A DNA stretch of 64,000 nt from an uncultured delta proteobacterium (GTDB lineage Bacteria > Desulfobacterota > RBG-13-43-22). The DNA lies in contig CAVQFQ010000004.1 of the NCBI GenBank assembly GCA_963711835.1, positions 288,001 through 352,000 of the forward strand, in the 5' to 3' direction. Every line of letters begins with the position of its first letter. The first letter of the stretch is position 1. The position numbers and the translations under genes were made by a program. Below are positions 26,596 through 37,654 of the stretch, in pieces. Under the pieces are notes generated by a model, which worked only from the letters and a program-made list of their open reading frames with translations, did no database searches and was not told the DNA's origin.

Positions 26596-27518
26596 ATATC
26601 GCCGTAGTCGGGATCGGCGGGGTGGGAGGCTATTTCGGAGCTAAACTGGCCGGACGCTATAGCGGTGGAACGGAGGCCAAGGTCACCTTTATCGCCCGAG
26701 GAGCGCATTTAGAGGAAATCAGGAAAAGCGGTCTTCAACTGATTACCCCGGAAGGGACTTATGCGATCAGGCCGGATTGGGCGACCGACGACCCGGCCGG
26801 CAACGGCCCCTTCGATCTGGTTTTTTTCTGCGTCAAATCCTATGACCTGGAAGAGAGCGCCGGGTTGATGAAAAACCATCTCAGCCCGGGCGCTGTGATC
26901 ATCAGCCTCTTAAACGGGGTGGACAACGCCGAACGGTTGCGCTTTTTTTTACCGGAGGTCCAGGTCCTCAACGGCTGCGTCTATCTCAGTACCCATATCA
27001 TCCGTCCCGGCGTTGTCCGCCAGAGCGGCGGGCTGGCCCGGTTGTTTTTCGGTCCGGAGGGGGAAGCGCAGGACCGTTACCAAATAATCGAGAAAGTGCT
27101 AAGAGAAGCGGGTATCCAGGCCGAGTACCGGAAGGACATCGCCAGGGTGGTCTGGGAGAAATACCTATTCATCGAGCCCCTGGCCAGCGCCACCACCTAT
27201 CTGGATAAAACCTTTGGCCAGCTCCTGGAAAGTAGTGAGGGCCGTCAACTCCTGGAGGGCCTGCTCGAAGAGGTGGAACTGGTAGCCCGGGAAAAAGGCA
27301 TTCCCCTGCCCCGGGATATCCATCAAACCACCCTGGAGAAAATAGCCTCCTTCCCGGCCGATACCAAGTCCTCCATGCAGCTCGATTTCGAAAAAGGCAA
27401 GCACACGGAAATCGAAACCTTCACCGGCTATATCGTCCGTTTCGGCCGCAGTCAGGGTCTGTCCACCCCTCTCCATGAAAGGATCTACAAGGCCTTAGCC
27501 AGGACCCCTTCCTATTAA
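26592..27518 (+). CDS. panE: 2-dehydropantoate 2-reductase (ketopantoate reductase family)
   Basis: MNIAVVGIGGVGGYFG, CVKSYD, LLNGVD, WEKYLF, SSMQLD...GK.TEIE. Confidence 0.85.
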   Translation: MNIAVVGIGGVGGYFGAKLAGRYSGGTEAKVTFIARGAHLEEIRKSGLQLITPEGTYAIRPDWATDDPAGNGPFDLVFFCVKSYDLEESAGLMKNHLSPGAVIISLLNGVDNAERLRFFLPEVQVLNGCVYLSTHIIRPGVVRQSGGLARLFFGPEGEAQDRYQIIEKVLREAGIQAEYRKDIARVVWEKYLFIEPLASATTYLDKTFGQLLESSEGRQLLEGLLEEVELVAREKGIPLPRDIHQTTLEKIASFPADTKSSMQLDFEKGKHTEIETFTGYIVRFGRSQGLSTPLHERIYKALARTPSY

Positions 27519-27568
27519 AAAAAGTTAGACCTGATTTGGATTAGATATCCGGAGTAAGAGGCACTTAC

Positions 27569-28357
27569 ATGAACATAGAGAAAAAATACTGCCAGGAGAT
27601 TTTGCAGCCCTTTGATTACAAGGAAAAAACCGCCTTGGTCACGGGCAGCGCCCAGGGGTTGGGCCGGGAGATCGCCCTGGCCCTGGCCCGCCAGGGGGCT
27701 TCGCTCGTTCTGGCCGACATTATCCCCCCTGAAGAGACGGCTGGCGAGATAATCCGGGCCGGTTCCCAGGCCATCGCCGTGCAGACCGATATATCCGAGG
27801 AAACCGCGGTCATGGATTTGGTAAAGGAGGCGCTGACCCGCTACCGACAGTTGGATCTACTGGTTAATAATGCCGGTATTTCCCAGTTGGACTTCAACCC
27901 CACCGAAGACACGCCGATGGAGGAATGGGACCGGGTATTAGGGGTGAATTTGCGGGGGACTTTTTTGTGCTGCAAACACGTGGGCAAGCACATGATTGAA
28001 AAGGGCGGCGGCAACATCATCAACATCGCCTCCACCGCCGGCTTCAACGGGATTCCCCGGGCCTCCGCCTATTGCGCTTCCAAAGCGGGGGTTATTTCCT
28101 TGACCAAAAGCCTGGCCGTGGAGTGGGCCAGGTACAATATCAGGGTTAATGCCGTGGCCCCCCATTATTTAGAAACGGAATTGACCAGGGGGTTGAGAGA
28201 TTCCGCCAAAGTCTATGAAAGCATTATCAGGCAGATACCCCTGCAGCGCTTTGCCAGACCGGAGGAAGTTGTCGGCAGTATTCTCTTTTTAGGTTCTCCG
28301 GCCTCCAGTTACATTACGGGATCGGTTTTAGCCGTGGACGGGGGGTTTTTGGCTTAG
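27569..28357 (+). CDS. SDR oxidoreductase
   Basis: TGSAQGLG, NNAG, AYCASK, VDGG. Confidence 0.9.
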   Translation: MNIEKKYCQEILQPFDYKEKTALVTGSAQGLGREIALALARQGASLVLADIIPPEETAGEIIRAGSQAIAVQTDISEETAVMDLVKEALTRYRQLDLLVNNAGISQLDFNPTEDTPMEEWDRVLGVNLRGTFLCCKHVGKHMIEKGGGNIINIASTAGFNGIPRASAYCASKAGVISLTKSLAVEWARYNIRVNAVAPHYLETELTRGLRDSAKVYESIIRQIPLQRFARPEEVVGSILFLGSPASSYITGSVLAVDGGFLA

Positions 28358-28457
28358 CCATCGCCCCCCTGCCCTTCTCGCACTTGTCCAAAACAGATTT
28401 TGCAGCCTAGACTTTTGTACTGTGCCATTCCCTCTCCACTCAGCCTTTGTGCTGGAC

Positions 28458-29000
28458 TCAGGACCTCCAGGAGGCCAGTCCGGCCAGCAACCCCTTAACG
28501 CGGTTGTCGATGTCCAAGAGATCATGCTCGTCGGGGCGGCCTCGGATATCGCCCAGCCTGCCATAAATGTTCGGCTCTTCCTGTTTGTGGAATTCGCCTA
28601 CAATGTGCCACTCGCCCATGATCCGGCAACCCAGGTGCCCGGTAAAGGCGCTGAACCATTTGGTCAGGGGGACGGCCTCGTCCTCGCCGATGTGTGTGCC
28701 GGAGAAGGTGCAGAAACTGACGGCGAATTTTCCTGGACGAAGAGGTGCGGACGGTTGGATGTCTTTGTGATACGACCGGAGCTTTTTCATGACAAAGTCC
28801 CGCATGGAGTTGGTAGGTCCCCAGGCGATTACGGGGGAGCCCAGGAATAGAAGGTCGTAGGCGTACAGATCGAGGTCCGTATCCTCTTTTATCTTGATCA
28901 AATCGCTTTCCACACCGTTTTCGACCAGTGTGTCGTGGATCCGTTTCGCCACTTTTTCGGTATTTCCGCCCAGTGAATCGTATAAGACCAGCGCTTTCAT
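28458..29000 (-). CDS. Flavodoxin-like protein
   Basis: LYDSLGGNTEKVA, LFLGSP, FCTFSG; ATG 29000 follows GGAGG. Confidence 0.8.
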   Translation of the reverse strand: MKALVLYDSLGGNTEKVAKRIHDTLVENGVESDLIKIKEDTDLDLYAYDLLFLGSPVIAWGPTNSMRDFVMKKLRSYHKDIQPSAPLRPGKFAVSFCTFSGTHIGEDEAVPLTKWFSAFTGHLGCRIMGEWHIVGEFHKQEEPNIYGRLGDIRGRPDEHDLLDIDNRVKGLLAGLASWRS

Positions 29001-29065
29001 ATCGTGCCTCCTTGAATCGGGATAATAACGGAACAACCGAGTGCTACTTATAGCTGCGGTTTACC

Positions 29066-29455
29066 TCAGACAGTCAGACTGGCTTCCCGCTCCTCCAGCA
29101 GCTCCCTGAGAACCGAGCGATGGCATCGGTTTTCATTTTCACAGTAGCAGCCGAGGGACATATTGGTCTGGTGCGAAAGGGCGGCCAACAGATCCAGGAC
29201 CCGGCTTGCCTCCGGTTTTTTCATTTCCTCCAGGAACTTGCGCTTAAAAGCAGCCCAAGACCGGTCATCTCCTGCAATTCTTCCTTCTTTCAGCAGGTTC
29301 TCGCTGGGGGAGAGGTTCGGAAGCCAGACATCATAAAAGTCCCTTTTGGCAAATTCCGATTTTGGAACCCCGCGAGGAGGCCGGCGGACCGTACCCAGGC
29401 GAAGGCCTTCTCCTTTTTCCCGCGGTGAACCCAGTCTGACAATGCGAATGGCCAA
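29066..29455 (-). CDS. DUF488 (YeaO-like) protein
   Basis: VRRPPRGVPK, WLPNLSPS, GCYCENE.RCHRS.L. Confidence 0.85.
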   Translation of the reverse strand: MAIRIVRLGSPREKGEGLRLGTVRRPPRGVPKSEFAKRDFYDVWLPNLSPSENLLKEGRIAGDDRSWAAFKRKFLEEMKKPEASRVLDLLAALSHQTNMSLGCYCENENRCHRSVLRELLEEREASLTV

Positions 29456-29598
29456 TGTTGACTCCTTTCATCCTTCTCATTTCCCGCCCTCTTATCCTTT
29501 GACAGCTTGATAAGACCTTTGCTTTTGCATAGAGAGAGTATAAAATACAAAAAATTTGGGGGTCAAGGGAGGAAAAATAAGGGCTAAGCGGGTTAAGA

Positions 29599-30019
29599 AT
29601 GACCGGGCAGGCGTTTCCTGGGAAAAAATCAAAAGGGACATCTGAAAAATTTTTTTCAGCAGCGTGTGCTGGAGATTGTGCGGGCCATTCCACCCGGGTC
29701 CGTTCTGACCTATGGACAGGTGGCTGCCCTGGCCGATACACCGCGGGCCGCGCGGCAGGTAGGACGTATCCTCTACTTTTGCGGGCAAAGTGTGCCTTGG
29801 CAGAGGGTGATCAATTATTACGGCGGGCTTTCGACCTACAAAGTCGGCAGCGGGGAACTGCAACGGGTTTTATTGGAGGAAGAAGGCATTTCCTTCAGGG
29901 CGGACGGGACGATTGATCTGAACCGATATCAATGGCGGCCGGGCATAAGGATAATTAAAAAACTGAGGCTGCCGGAGGAGATCGCTTTCCAAATTAACCC
30001 GAAGTCGCCTAAAAATTGA
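29599..30019 (+). CDS. MGMT-family alkyltransferase-like protein (ATL/YbaZ type); probable 1-nt frameshift in a T run
   Basis: IPPG.VLTYGQVA, AARQVG, PWQRVIN (Trp in place of the active Cys); ATG 29599 joins the frame if the T7 run at 29650-29656 is T6. Confidence 0.8.
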
Positions 30020-30208
30020 TCGATTAAAGTTTTTTTATCATTAAAATGGAATGGGGACGCTTTAAGGTTTTTAACTTTCGCAATAGGATCATGAGATACC
30101 CTGGGGCGTCGAACGCCAGCAACCTGAAAACCTAACAGCGTCACTATATATACCTACACTTGAGGATTCTACCAATCACAAACAGAAAACAGGATAACGA
30201 ATTGTCAG

Positions 30209-32087
30209 ATGAATTCACTGAACCAGATTGGGATAAACTGAATGCCCATTTTCGCCGAACATCTCCGATGGGCGAATCTGTCTGTAACCATCGAAGAGAT
30301 TACAAAAGAAAACAAGTCGCTTATCCACGATCTTTCTAGATATGATCCAACCGTTGCCGTTCCCCTCCTGGCAAGTCTCTTAACACTCCCGAACTCCAGT
30401 CGCATTGTATTCGGCTTGAAATTCTCGTTGCTTTAGCCGTGGCGCACTGCCGCGGTCGGAAGAAGGCGAATATCGGCCAAGCCGTTCGCTGGTTCTTCCA
30501 GATCGGCAAATCGAAATGCGTGGCGGGTGAAGATCCGGCTGAAGATGTCTTTGTCTCCTTAGTGCAGGATAGGAACGGAGACTACCGGCTTCTCGAAGGT
30601 GTCTGGGAGGCCGCAGGCTTCTATACTCAGCGTGTTCTCGACGTAATTGCGACGATGCCCGACACCGGACAATTCGGGCAAATCAAGAAGAGCGTCCGCG
30701 CGCTGCTCGTAATCTCCGACATGGTCTGCGAGAAAGCCGGGCTGCACCGCTATCAGCTTGGCTCTGATGAACACTATTCGGCGTTATCACCGCGGATACT
30801 CCCGGGGCGCGACGCCCTAATATCTCGTGTGACGATCACCTTTGCTGAGCTCAATGAACGTGGCATCACACCCGACGATATTGAGCCATTCCTCTTGCAT
30901 CCGCAGATGCGAGAGGATTTACCTGCACAGCAGATTGGCCTCAGCTATTTGGATCGCTGTCCGCTGATCGTGTATGGCGCGAAGCGTCTAACAGTCGCGC
31001 TCCCCTCAGCACTATCCGTTGCCGTGCGGGACTATGCGATCGCAAGCTATCATCAAAGGCGGATTGGCTGAAACTTTCGATGACGTGCTTGCTCAAAATT
31101 ATTCGAAACTATTCTTCGACACGCCCTTGCTTGGCGGTCCAATACGAGCGCCGGTCCATTGGAAGAAGTCAGGTGCGCACCGATGGTCGAATTTCTACCT
31201 CAAGGTTGATGAGGGTTACTTCATCTCGTTCCACCTCTTTTTACCGTCGGTGCAGACGCATCCCGATGGTGGTTTTAAGGGCGTTTATCGACGATGAAGG
31301 CGCCCTGACCGAAGCGCTGCAAGCCTCGATCAATGAGGTTCTAAAGCATTTCGAAGGGCAGGACGATTTCAAAGAGGGGCTCGTCGTTCTCGTTGGCTGC
31401 GGCTGGGGTAAAGGCTATGTGACCCAAGTTATCGAGTCAGATCACCCGCATTGGCGTTTCGAAAGCATGTCCGCGGCTGACCTCGTGCGACTCAGTTGGC
31501 TTGGCGACATGAATCCCGGTTACTTCTGGCGCATTCAAGACGGGCTGGAGGCTGTCAGGAAGGCTGGGGTCCAGATCTTCAATCCCAATGGGATCTTGAA
31601 CCTGATCGGATGGGTACGCAGTAACAACGGCCACTTCGTGCCACATTCACAGCTACCGCAAGGCGAGATTTCGCCAGAGCGGCCCTTGATGCTCAACCCG
31701 CCCCTCAACCTTCTGCGGGAAGTGCGCGCTGACGCCGATCGTGGTTACGACCGCCACTGCGCGGTTGATAACACCGGAACTTGGCACGAAGTCCAGCATG
31801 TCTCGCCGAACCCGTTCTTCAGCAGCGAAAGCGCGCGACGCGTCTATGCCTCCATGGACGACGTTCGACGGCGGGACGCTTACGTCCGTGTACGAAGGCG
31901 CGACTCAAACTTTGGATGTCCGTTGCCACGCCCAACATTTCCGAAAGAGAAGTCGAGTACCGGCTTTGGGAAATGGCGAATGAATGGCTGCATCGCATCG
32001 GCAATGCTCTTGATAAGCGCGGCGAGGCTGCGACCAAGATGCATACTCTCAAGGTCTATGTTGAGTTCCGTTCGCAGTACTGACTGA
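30209..32087 (+). pseudogene. Fragmented, 3'-truncated large hypothetical gene
   Basis: Coding-like ORFs 30242-30436, 30439-31071, 31019-31297, 31080-32087 and 31781-32083 hand over between frames; codon style looks different from the flanking host genes. Confidence 0.6.
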
Positions 32088-32106
32088 GATCGGTCTGTGG
32101 TTGAAG

Positions 32107-32163
32107 GCGCAACAAATAAATCGAGCGGACGTACTGACGGCGCCGCTGAGTTGGTGGTGTATG
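32107..32163 (+). other. Degenerate attC-like site
   Basis: GCGCAAC...TCGAGCGGACG...CGCCGCTGA; right core site decayed. Confidence 0.45.
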
Positions 32164-32316
32164 TGGCGGAGAGTGAAAAGATCGATACATTCATAGTCGG
32201 AGATAGGGCGCGTAGTTTTGGACTACCCACGATCGGTATCGCTACTTTCAGCCTGTGTACAAACGCGGTAAAAGGGGATATTGGTGCAGGAATTGCTTGG
32301 GATGGAGTAAAATGAA

Positions 32317-33328
32317 ATGAGCTATAGACGCGTTATCATTACCGGCTTTGGCGGGCCGGAGGTACTCAAGCTGGTCGAGGAAGCCGCCTTGCCGGAACCC
32401 AAAGCCCGGCGAGGTGCGTATCAAAGTGTTGGTCACCAGCGCTGCTTTCACGGATGTGATGATCCGCAAAGGGAAGTATCCCGACGTGAAGGAGAAGCCG
32501 CTCTTCACCGCTACGATATGGTCGGTATCGTTGAAAAGTTGGGCGATGGCGCGACCCGGTTCAAAGCGGGGCACGCGAGTGGCGGATCTCACCGTCATCG
32601 GCGCTTACTCGGAGTACCTTTGTCTCCCGGAAAGCCGTTTGACACCTGTGCCCGATGGCCTCGACCCGGCGGAAGCGGTCAGCCTTGTTTTATCTTATGT
32701 GACTGCCTATCAGATGCTGCACAGGATTGCCAAAGTCAAGGGAGGCCAGCGCATCCTGGTCCACGGTGCGGGCGGGGCGGTCGGTACGGCTATGCTTCAA
32801 CTGGGCAAATTGCTCGACCTGGAAATGTACGGAACGGCTTCCAAGTCCAAGCATGAATTGGTTGCCCGGCTGGGGGCAACGCCGATTGACTACCAAAGCG
32901 GGAACTGGGTTGAGCGCCTGCGCCATCTGACAGGCGACGGGGTTGACGCGGTCTTCGATCCGATAGGCGGGAATAGTTTCGGGCGATCATTCAGTCTTCT
33001 TCGGCGGGGTGGCCTGCTGGTCGCCTATGGTTTTTACAACGCCGTGATGGGCAAAGGCGGCAGCATCCCGCTTGACTTCATCCGGCTTAAACTGTGGAAC
33101 ATGATGCCCAACGGCCGCTCGGCGACCTTCTACTCGATCGGCGCCTTGCGGAAAAAACAGCCCGATTGGTATTCCGAGGATTTGACGAAGTTGTTCGCTT
33201 TGCTGGCTCAGGGCCAGATCAAACCAGTCATCGCCGCCCGTATGCCGCTGGCCGAGGCCCGGCGGGCACATGAACTCATCGAGCAGGCAGGGGTGCAGGG
33301 CAAGATCGTGCTCTTCGTAAGTGAGTGA
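32317..33328 (+). CDS. Medium-chain (NADPH:quinone-type) dehydrogenase/reductase; probable 1-nt frameshift near 32401
   Basis: MSYRRVIITGFGGPEVL...PEP/KPGEVRIKV; YVTAYQMLHR, LVHGAGGAVGTA, GKIVL. Confidence 0.8.
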
Positions 33329-33367
33329 TGCCGATCAGAAAACCCTGACGCCTCACATGCATAAGAC

Positions 33368-33432
33368 GGGACGTTCGTGCAGAGATTGCTTGAGGGCTTA
33401 TAGGGAATGAGTAAATAGATAATTATGCCAAG
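33368..33432 (+). repeat. Family D element, left part
   Basis: GGGACGTTCGTGCAGAGATTGCTTGAGGGCTTATAGGGAAT...ATGCCAA. Confidence 0.85.
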
Positions 33433-33488
33433 ATCAGGTGACGAATTGGCGTGTCTGTCAATTGCCAAGAACCAAACGGAGGGCGGAA

Positions 33489-35435
33489 ATGAGCAAGCTG
33501 ATCCATACGAAAAAGATCTATCTTATTATTGCAATCATCCTGGTGATCGCGCTCTTGTTGCTCTATAAAAAACAAGCTAAGCAGGTAAAAGTTTCAGCCT
33601 TTGGCCAGTATCAGGGTTATTCCGAGGCGATTTTTGATGGCACCCGGCGCACTTCCGATTTCTTAACGTTAGCAGACGGAACGCGGCTGGCCTATGATCT
33701 GATCCTTCCGACGAAAAATGGGGTTCCTGCCGACAAGCCCTTACCGGTCCTTTTCAAATATACCCCTTATGGACGGGCCTGGACCATTTACGATAAGAAC
33801 GGGAAGAACAATCTTGCCGAACTGGTAACCTTACCCTGGTATTACAAGCCTATGGTCCGGATTCGATCCTGGTTCAAAGGCAATGTGATGGATGCCCTGT
33901 CCAGAGCGGAATGGCTGAAGGAGATGGTGCACTCCGGCTACGCCGTGATCGTGGTGGATCGGCCGGGAACCGGGGCCTCCTTTGGAAAGATGTCTATGGA
34001 CCCCGAGGCAGGAGCCAAAGAAACCGACGAGATCCTCAATTGGATAGCAACCCGGAGGTGGTGCGACGGCCACATCGGGATGTTTGGCGACTCCATCCAG
34101 GCCCAAATCCAGTTCCAGGCTGCCGGCACCGGCAACCCGCACCTGAAAGCCATCTTGCCCGCTACCACCTGGATGGACAACTACAGCGCGGTCGTCTTCC
34201 CCGGTGGTGTCCTGAATAAAGCCATGACCCATTTCTATGTCCGGGTCAATAAGGCTTTTGACTCTCTGGCAACACCCGTTGACCAGGACAAGGATGGGAT
34301 CTTACTGGCCCAGGCGCGCGCAGAGCGCCACCGCCTGGCGGCGCTCGCGGAATCGGTAAAAGGTGTCTCGCAAGCGCCATACCGTGACTTCCTCACACCA
34401 AAGGGCAAAAACCCCTGGATAGATTATAACGCCCTTTATCCCCTTTTGGATCGGATCAACCGGTCAGGCGTACCGGTTTACTTGATTAACGGTTGGTATG
34501 ACATCTACGCGCGCGATAATTTCATGATCTATGCCAACCTGACTGGTCCCAAGCGCCTGCTCGTCCGCCCGACGGATCATGACGGTATCGAGGCTCCCGG
34601 ATCGGATATCGACTATGCGGCGGAAGCCCATCGCTGGTTCGACTACTGGCTCAAGGGGATCGACAACGGCATTATGAAGGAACCGCCCATCCACTATTAC
34701 CTCCAAGGCGTGGGCAAAAAAGAGGCCTATAAGATCACCGATGTCTGGCCCCTGAAAAACCAGAAAATTACCCGCTATTACTTCGGAGCAGGCACAACCG
34801 GTGGAACCGCCTCCCTCAATAATGGCACGCTGGCTCCTTCCTCACCCACCACCTCCAACGGATCCGATACCTATACAGTCGACTATACCACCACCACCGG
34901 CACTAAGCCGCACTGGACGGCCCTCGCTTCAGCCCACGAATACCCCAATATGCGTTCCAATGACGCCAAAGCCTTGACCTATACCACTCCGCTGTTGGAG
35001 GCAGCCGCACAGGTCATCGGACATCCGGTCGCGCATGTCTGGTTAACCGGTAAGGCCCCGGATCTGGACCTATTCGCCTACCTGGAGGAGGTGGATGGCA
35101 AGGGAAACTCGACCTACGTCACCCAAGGCAACCTCAGGGCTTCCCATCGAGTCCTCAGCCGGGCCCCGTTTGATAACCTGGGCTTGCCCTGGCACAATCA
35201 TTTCCAAAGCGAGGTCAAGTTGATCCCGACTGGAGAGCCAGTGGAACTGGTCTTTGATCTGCTGCCCACCGCCTACCAGTTTGCCAAGGGCAAAAGCATC
35301 CGTATTACCATCGCCTTCGCCGATGCCAACAACTTCGACACTCCGGTTATCGATCCGGCGCCAAAAGTGCAATTGTTGAGGGATAAAAATCACCCATCAT
35401 TTGTCGAACTCCCGGTTGTTCAGGGGCTACGGTGA
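33489..35435 (+). CDS. CocE/NonD family hydrolase, N-terminally anchored
   Basis: DGTRLA, YTPY, DRPGTGASFG, WCDGHIGMFGDS, GWYD, RWFDYWLKG.DNG, PepX_C-like C-terminus. Confidence 0.9.
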   Translation: MSKLIHTKKIYLIIAIILVIALLLLYKKQAKQVKVSAFGQYQGYSEAIFDGTRRTSDFLTLADGTRLAYDLILPTKNGVPADKPLPVLFKYTPYGRAWTIYDKNGKNNLAELVTLPWYYKPMVRIRSWFKGNVMDALSRAEWLKEMVHSGYAVIVVDRPGTGASFGKMSMDPEAGAKETDEILNWIATRRWCDGHIGMFGDSIQAQIQFQAAGTGNPHLKAILPATTWMDNYSAVVFPGGVLNKAMTHFYVRVNKAFDSLATPVDQDKDGILLAQARAERHRLAALAESVKGVSQAPYRDFLTPKGKNPWIDYNALYPLLDRINRSGVPVYLINGWYDIYARDNFMIYANLTGPKRLLVRPTDHDGIEAPGSDIDYAAEAHRWFDYWLKGIDNGIMKEPPIHYYLQGVGKKEAYKITDVWPLKNQKITRYYFGAGTTGGTASLNNGTLAPSSPTTSNGSDTYTVDYTTTTGTKPHWTALASAHEYPNMRSNDAKALTYTTPLLEAAAQVIGHPVAHVWLTGKAPDLDLFAYLEEVDGKGNSTYVTQGNLRASHRVLSRAPFDNLGLPWHNHFQSEVKLIPTGEPVELVFDLLPTAYQFAKGKSIRITIAFADANNFDTPVIDPAPKVQLLRDKNHPSFVELPVVQGLR

Positions 35436-35513
35436 GTTACGGTGATTTAATGAAACGGCTGGACATTTTCGAATAGTATTACAGGCTCTAAACCTCAACG
35501 ACCATAATAGACC

Positions 35514-36227
35514 ATGATTCCCTGGGAATTACTCGACAGCGCCCCGGTACCTGGAACCGCTCAGGAACTGGAGTTGTATAAGCGGGGTCAGGAGTTTTCG
35601 ATCCGAATGGGTGGCCGCGAAATCATGGGCAGCCGGGCCCATGGCTCAGAAGAGGCCCTGGCCGAACGGGCCTGTGCCCGGATCGCCGGCCGGCCTCGGC
35701 CCTGTATCCTGGTTGGGGGCCTGGGCCTGGGCTACACCGTTGCCGCGGCCCTGAGGCGGCTCGGGCCCGGGGGCCGGGTGATCGTAGCCGAACTGGTGCC
35801 GGCCGTGGTCCGATGGAACCGGGGCCCCCTGGCCCATCTGGCCGGTTATCCCCTTCAGGATCGGCGGGTCACCATCCTGGAAGGCGACGTCGTCCGAATC
35901 CTGCAGGCCCAACCCCGGGCCTTTGATGCCATCCTGCTGGACGTGGATAACGGTCCCGAGGACCTGATCCGGAAAGGCAACGACCGGCTCTACGATCGGT
36001 CTGGCCTGGAGGCCATCCGGGCGGCCCTGCGGCCGGGAGGGGTGCTGGGAGTCTGGTCAGCCGGCCCCGATCGGGCCTTCGTCCAGCGTCTGGAGCGCGG
36101 GGGTTTCCGGGTCGAGGAGGTCCGGGTCCGGGGTCCCCGGGGCGGACGGCGGCACACCATCTGGCTGGCTGCGATCCCGGATCGGCCCCGGATATCGCCG
36201 CCTCCTACCCGCCGCAGCCTGAAATAA
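35514..36227 (+). CDS. Spermidine-synthase-like SAM-dependent methyltransferase
   Basis: SEEALA, LVGGLGLGYT, AELVPAVV.WN, FDAILLDVDNGP. Confidence 0.85.
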   Translation: MIPWELLDSAPVPGTAQELELYKRGQEFSIRMGGREIMGSRAHGSEEALAERACARIAGRPRPCILVGGLGLGYTVAAALRRLGPGGRVIVAELVPAVVRWNRGPLAHLAGYPLQDRRVTILEGDVVRILQAQPRAFDAILLDVDNGPEDLIRKGNDRLYDRSGLEAIRAALRPGGVLGVWSAGPDRAFVQRLERGGFRVEEVRVRGPRGGRRHTIWLAAIPDRPRISPPPTRRSLK

Positions 36228-36340
36228 ACAGCCCAATTAAGCGCGATGTTCGTGCAGAGATTGTTTGAGGGCTTATAAGAATAGGTTAAGCCGGCGTCAT
36301 GCCAAAGTTAGCAAGGTAAAATACTTCCTTGGTGTCCATG

Positions 36341-36588
36341 CGTTTTTCGAGGGCGAGCGGGTTAAGTCGTTTCAGGGGTTTGAGCGGCAAGCCATGTTAC
36401 GGCTCGAACGGCTCCACGCGGCGGACCGTCTCATGGCTCTGAACACTCCCGGAAACCGGCTTGAAGCCCTTAAGGGTGATCGCAAAGGCCGGCACAGCAT
36501 CCGCATCAATGACCAGTGGCGGATTTGTTTTGAATGGCCGGATAACTCCCCGGGGCCGCTTAATGTGGAAATTGTGGACTATCATTAG
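36341..36588 (+). pseudogene. higB: HigB/RelE-like toxin, 5'-truncated
   Basis: PGNRLEALKGDRKGRHSIRINDQWRICFEW...VEIVDYH; native N-terminus replaced by repeat sequence. Confidence 0.75.
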
Positions 36589-36599
36589 GAGGATAAACT

Positions 36600-36914
36600 A
36601 TGGCAAGGATTATCATTCATCCAGGGGAACACCTGGCCGATGAATTAAAGGCGCTTGGCATGAGTGCCAACGAGCTGGCAAAAGAACTGGGCGTACCGAC
36701 AAACCGGCTTACTCAGATCATACGGGGCAAACGCGGAATTACCGGCGACACAGCCCTGCGTCTTGGCCGGTGGTTCGGCACGGGGCCGGATATTTGGGTA
36801 AATCTGCAAAAAAATTATGAGTTGCGGCTGGCAGCGATTGAAATAGGCGACGCGCTGAAAAAAATTCCTCAGCATTACGGCAAAGTGAAGACAAACGGCG
36901 CGCTACGCCCGTGA
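36600..36914 (+). CDS. higA: HigA antitoxin (HTH)
   Basis: IHPGEHL, LA..LGVP.NR..QII.GKRGITGDTALRL...FGT....W.NLQ..YEL. Confidence 0.9.
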   Translation: MARIIIHPGEHLADELKALGMSANELAKELGVPTNRLTQIIRGKRGITGDTALRLGRWFGTGPDIWVNLQKNYELRLAAIEIGDALKKIPQHYGKVKTNGALRP

Positions 36915-37146
36915 TATCAAACGACGGGATAGGGTCGCAAGCCACCGAAAAGTTATTCCGAAGGCCATGGGACGGGTGTGTGGCCTAGTATCCCGGGGTG
37001 ACGGGTGGACGTGTCTATCGAGATCCCGCAAACAAAATCACGGGATAGACACGAAGGCGTTATTGGAAAACGAGCTATAACCACATGCACCTGCTGCACG
37101 CACGTCCATTTTTCACAGAAAGCGCTGATCGAGAAAGCGAGGCGGA

Positions 37147-37623
37147 ATGACTAAGAAGAACCTGACCTTGGTGATGGAATGGCTTCGGCCGGCCGGCATA
37201 GGGCTGGCTATTTTTTTCGCCTATTATTTGGGCAAAGATGCGATAGCGCGATTTCACATTATGGGGCCGTTCGTGGTGATGCTCATGTCCGGCACAGTGG
37301 CTTTTGAATCGCTGTTCTTGGGCGAAGCGGCCTCCGAAAAAATTGGCTATAAGCCTGATCGCGCCTATCAAATTCAATCGGGGCTGGCCAATGCGGCCAC
37401 AGCCATCACGGCCTTGCTTGTTTATCTGCTGGATTGGGGGCGCTATGCGGATGCCGCCATAGTCACCGCGATGTTGCTGTTCTTTACTTTCTCGGCCGCA
37501 AATCATGCCGCCACAGCCATCATCGAACGGAACTTCAAGCCCGTCAATTTATTGCGTCCGCTGATGGCCTTGTTATTGATTGGCTTCCTGCTCCCCCACA
37601 TGATCCAAGCGCTGAATCAATAA
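37147..37623 (+). CDS. Membrane protein of unknown function
   Basis: About 4-5 hydrophobic segments; GAGG RBS. Confidence 0.75.
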   Translation: MTKKNLTLVMEWLRPAGIGLAIFFAYYLGKDAIARFHIMGPFVVMLMSGTVAFESLFLGEAASEKIGYKPDRAYQIQSGLANAATAITALLVYLLDWGRYADAAIVTAMLLFFTFSAANHAATAIIERNFKPVNLLRPLMALLLIGFLLPHMIQALNQ

Positions 37624-37654
37624 AGCTGCTGCGCGATAGAATAGGATTCGACCC

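Larger units (their letters stand above)
36243..37108 (+). mobile_element. Family D element (~240 bp) split by an inserted higBA segment
   Basis: Left part 36243-36340 and right part 36965-37108 (ends CTGCACGCACGTCCA) are contiguous in the 63723-63868 copy; CCATG at both junctions. Confidence 0.8.

Noticed and set aside
26223-27518. Apparent DsbA-ketopantoate reductase fusion (431 aa)
   Set aside because: panE has its own RBS and ATG at 26592; removing one A from the A7 run at ~26567-26573 ends DsbA at a TGA overlapping that ATG (ATGA), so this is probably an indel artefact; needs a read check
16485-32405. Programmed frameshifting or mass pseudogenisation (gamma-CA ~16488, DsbA ~26218, ATL ~29650, MDR ~32401)
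   Set aside because: Each is repaired by deleting one base, mostly in short runs, in otherwise intact genes; assembly error is more parsimonious
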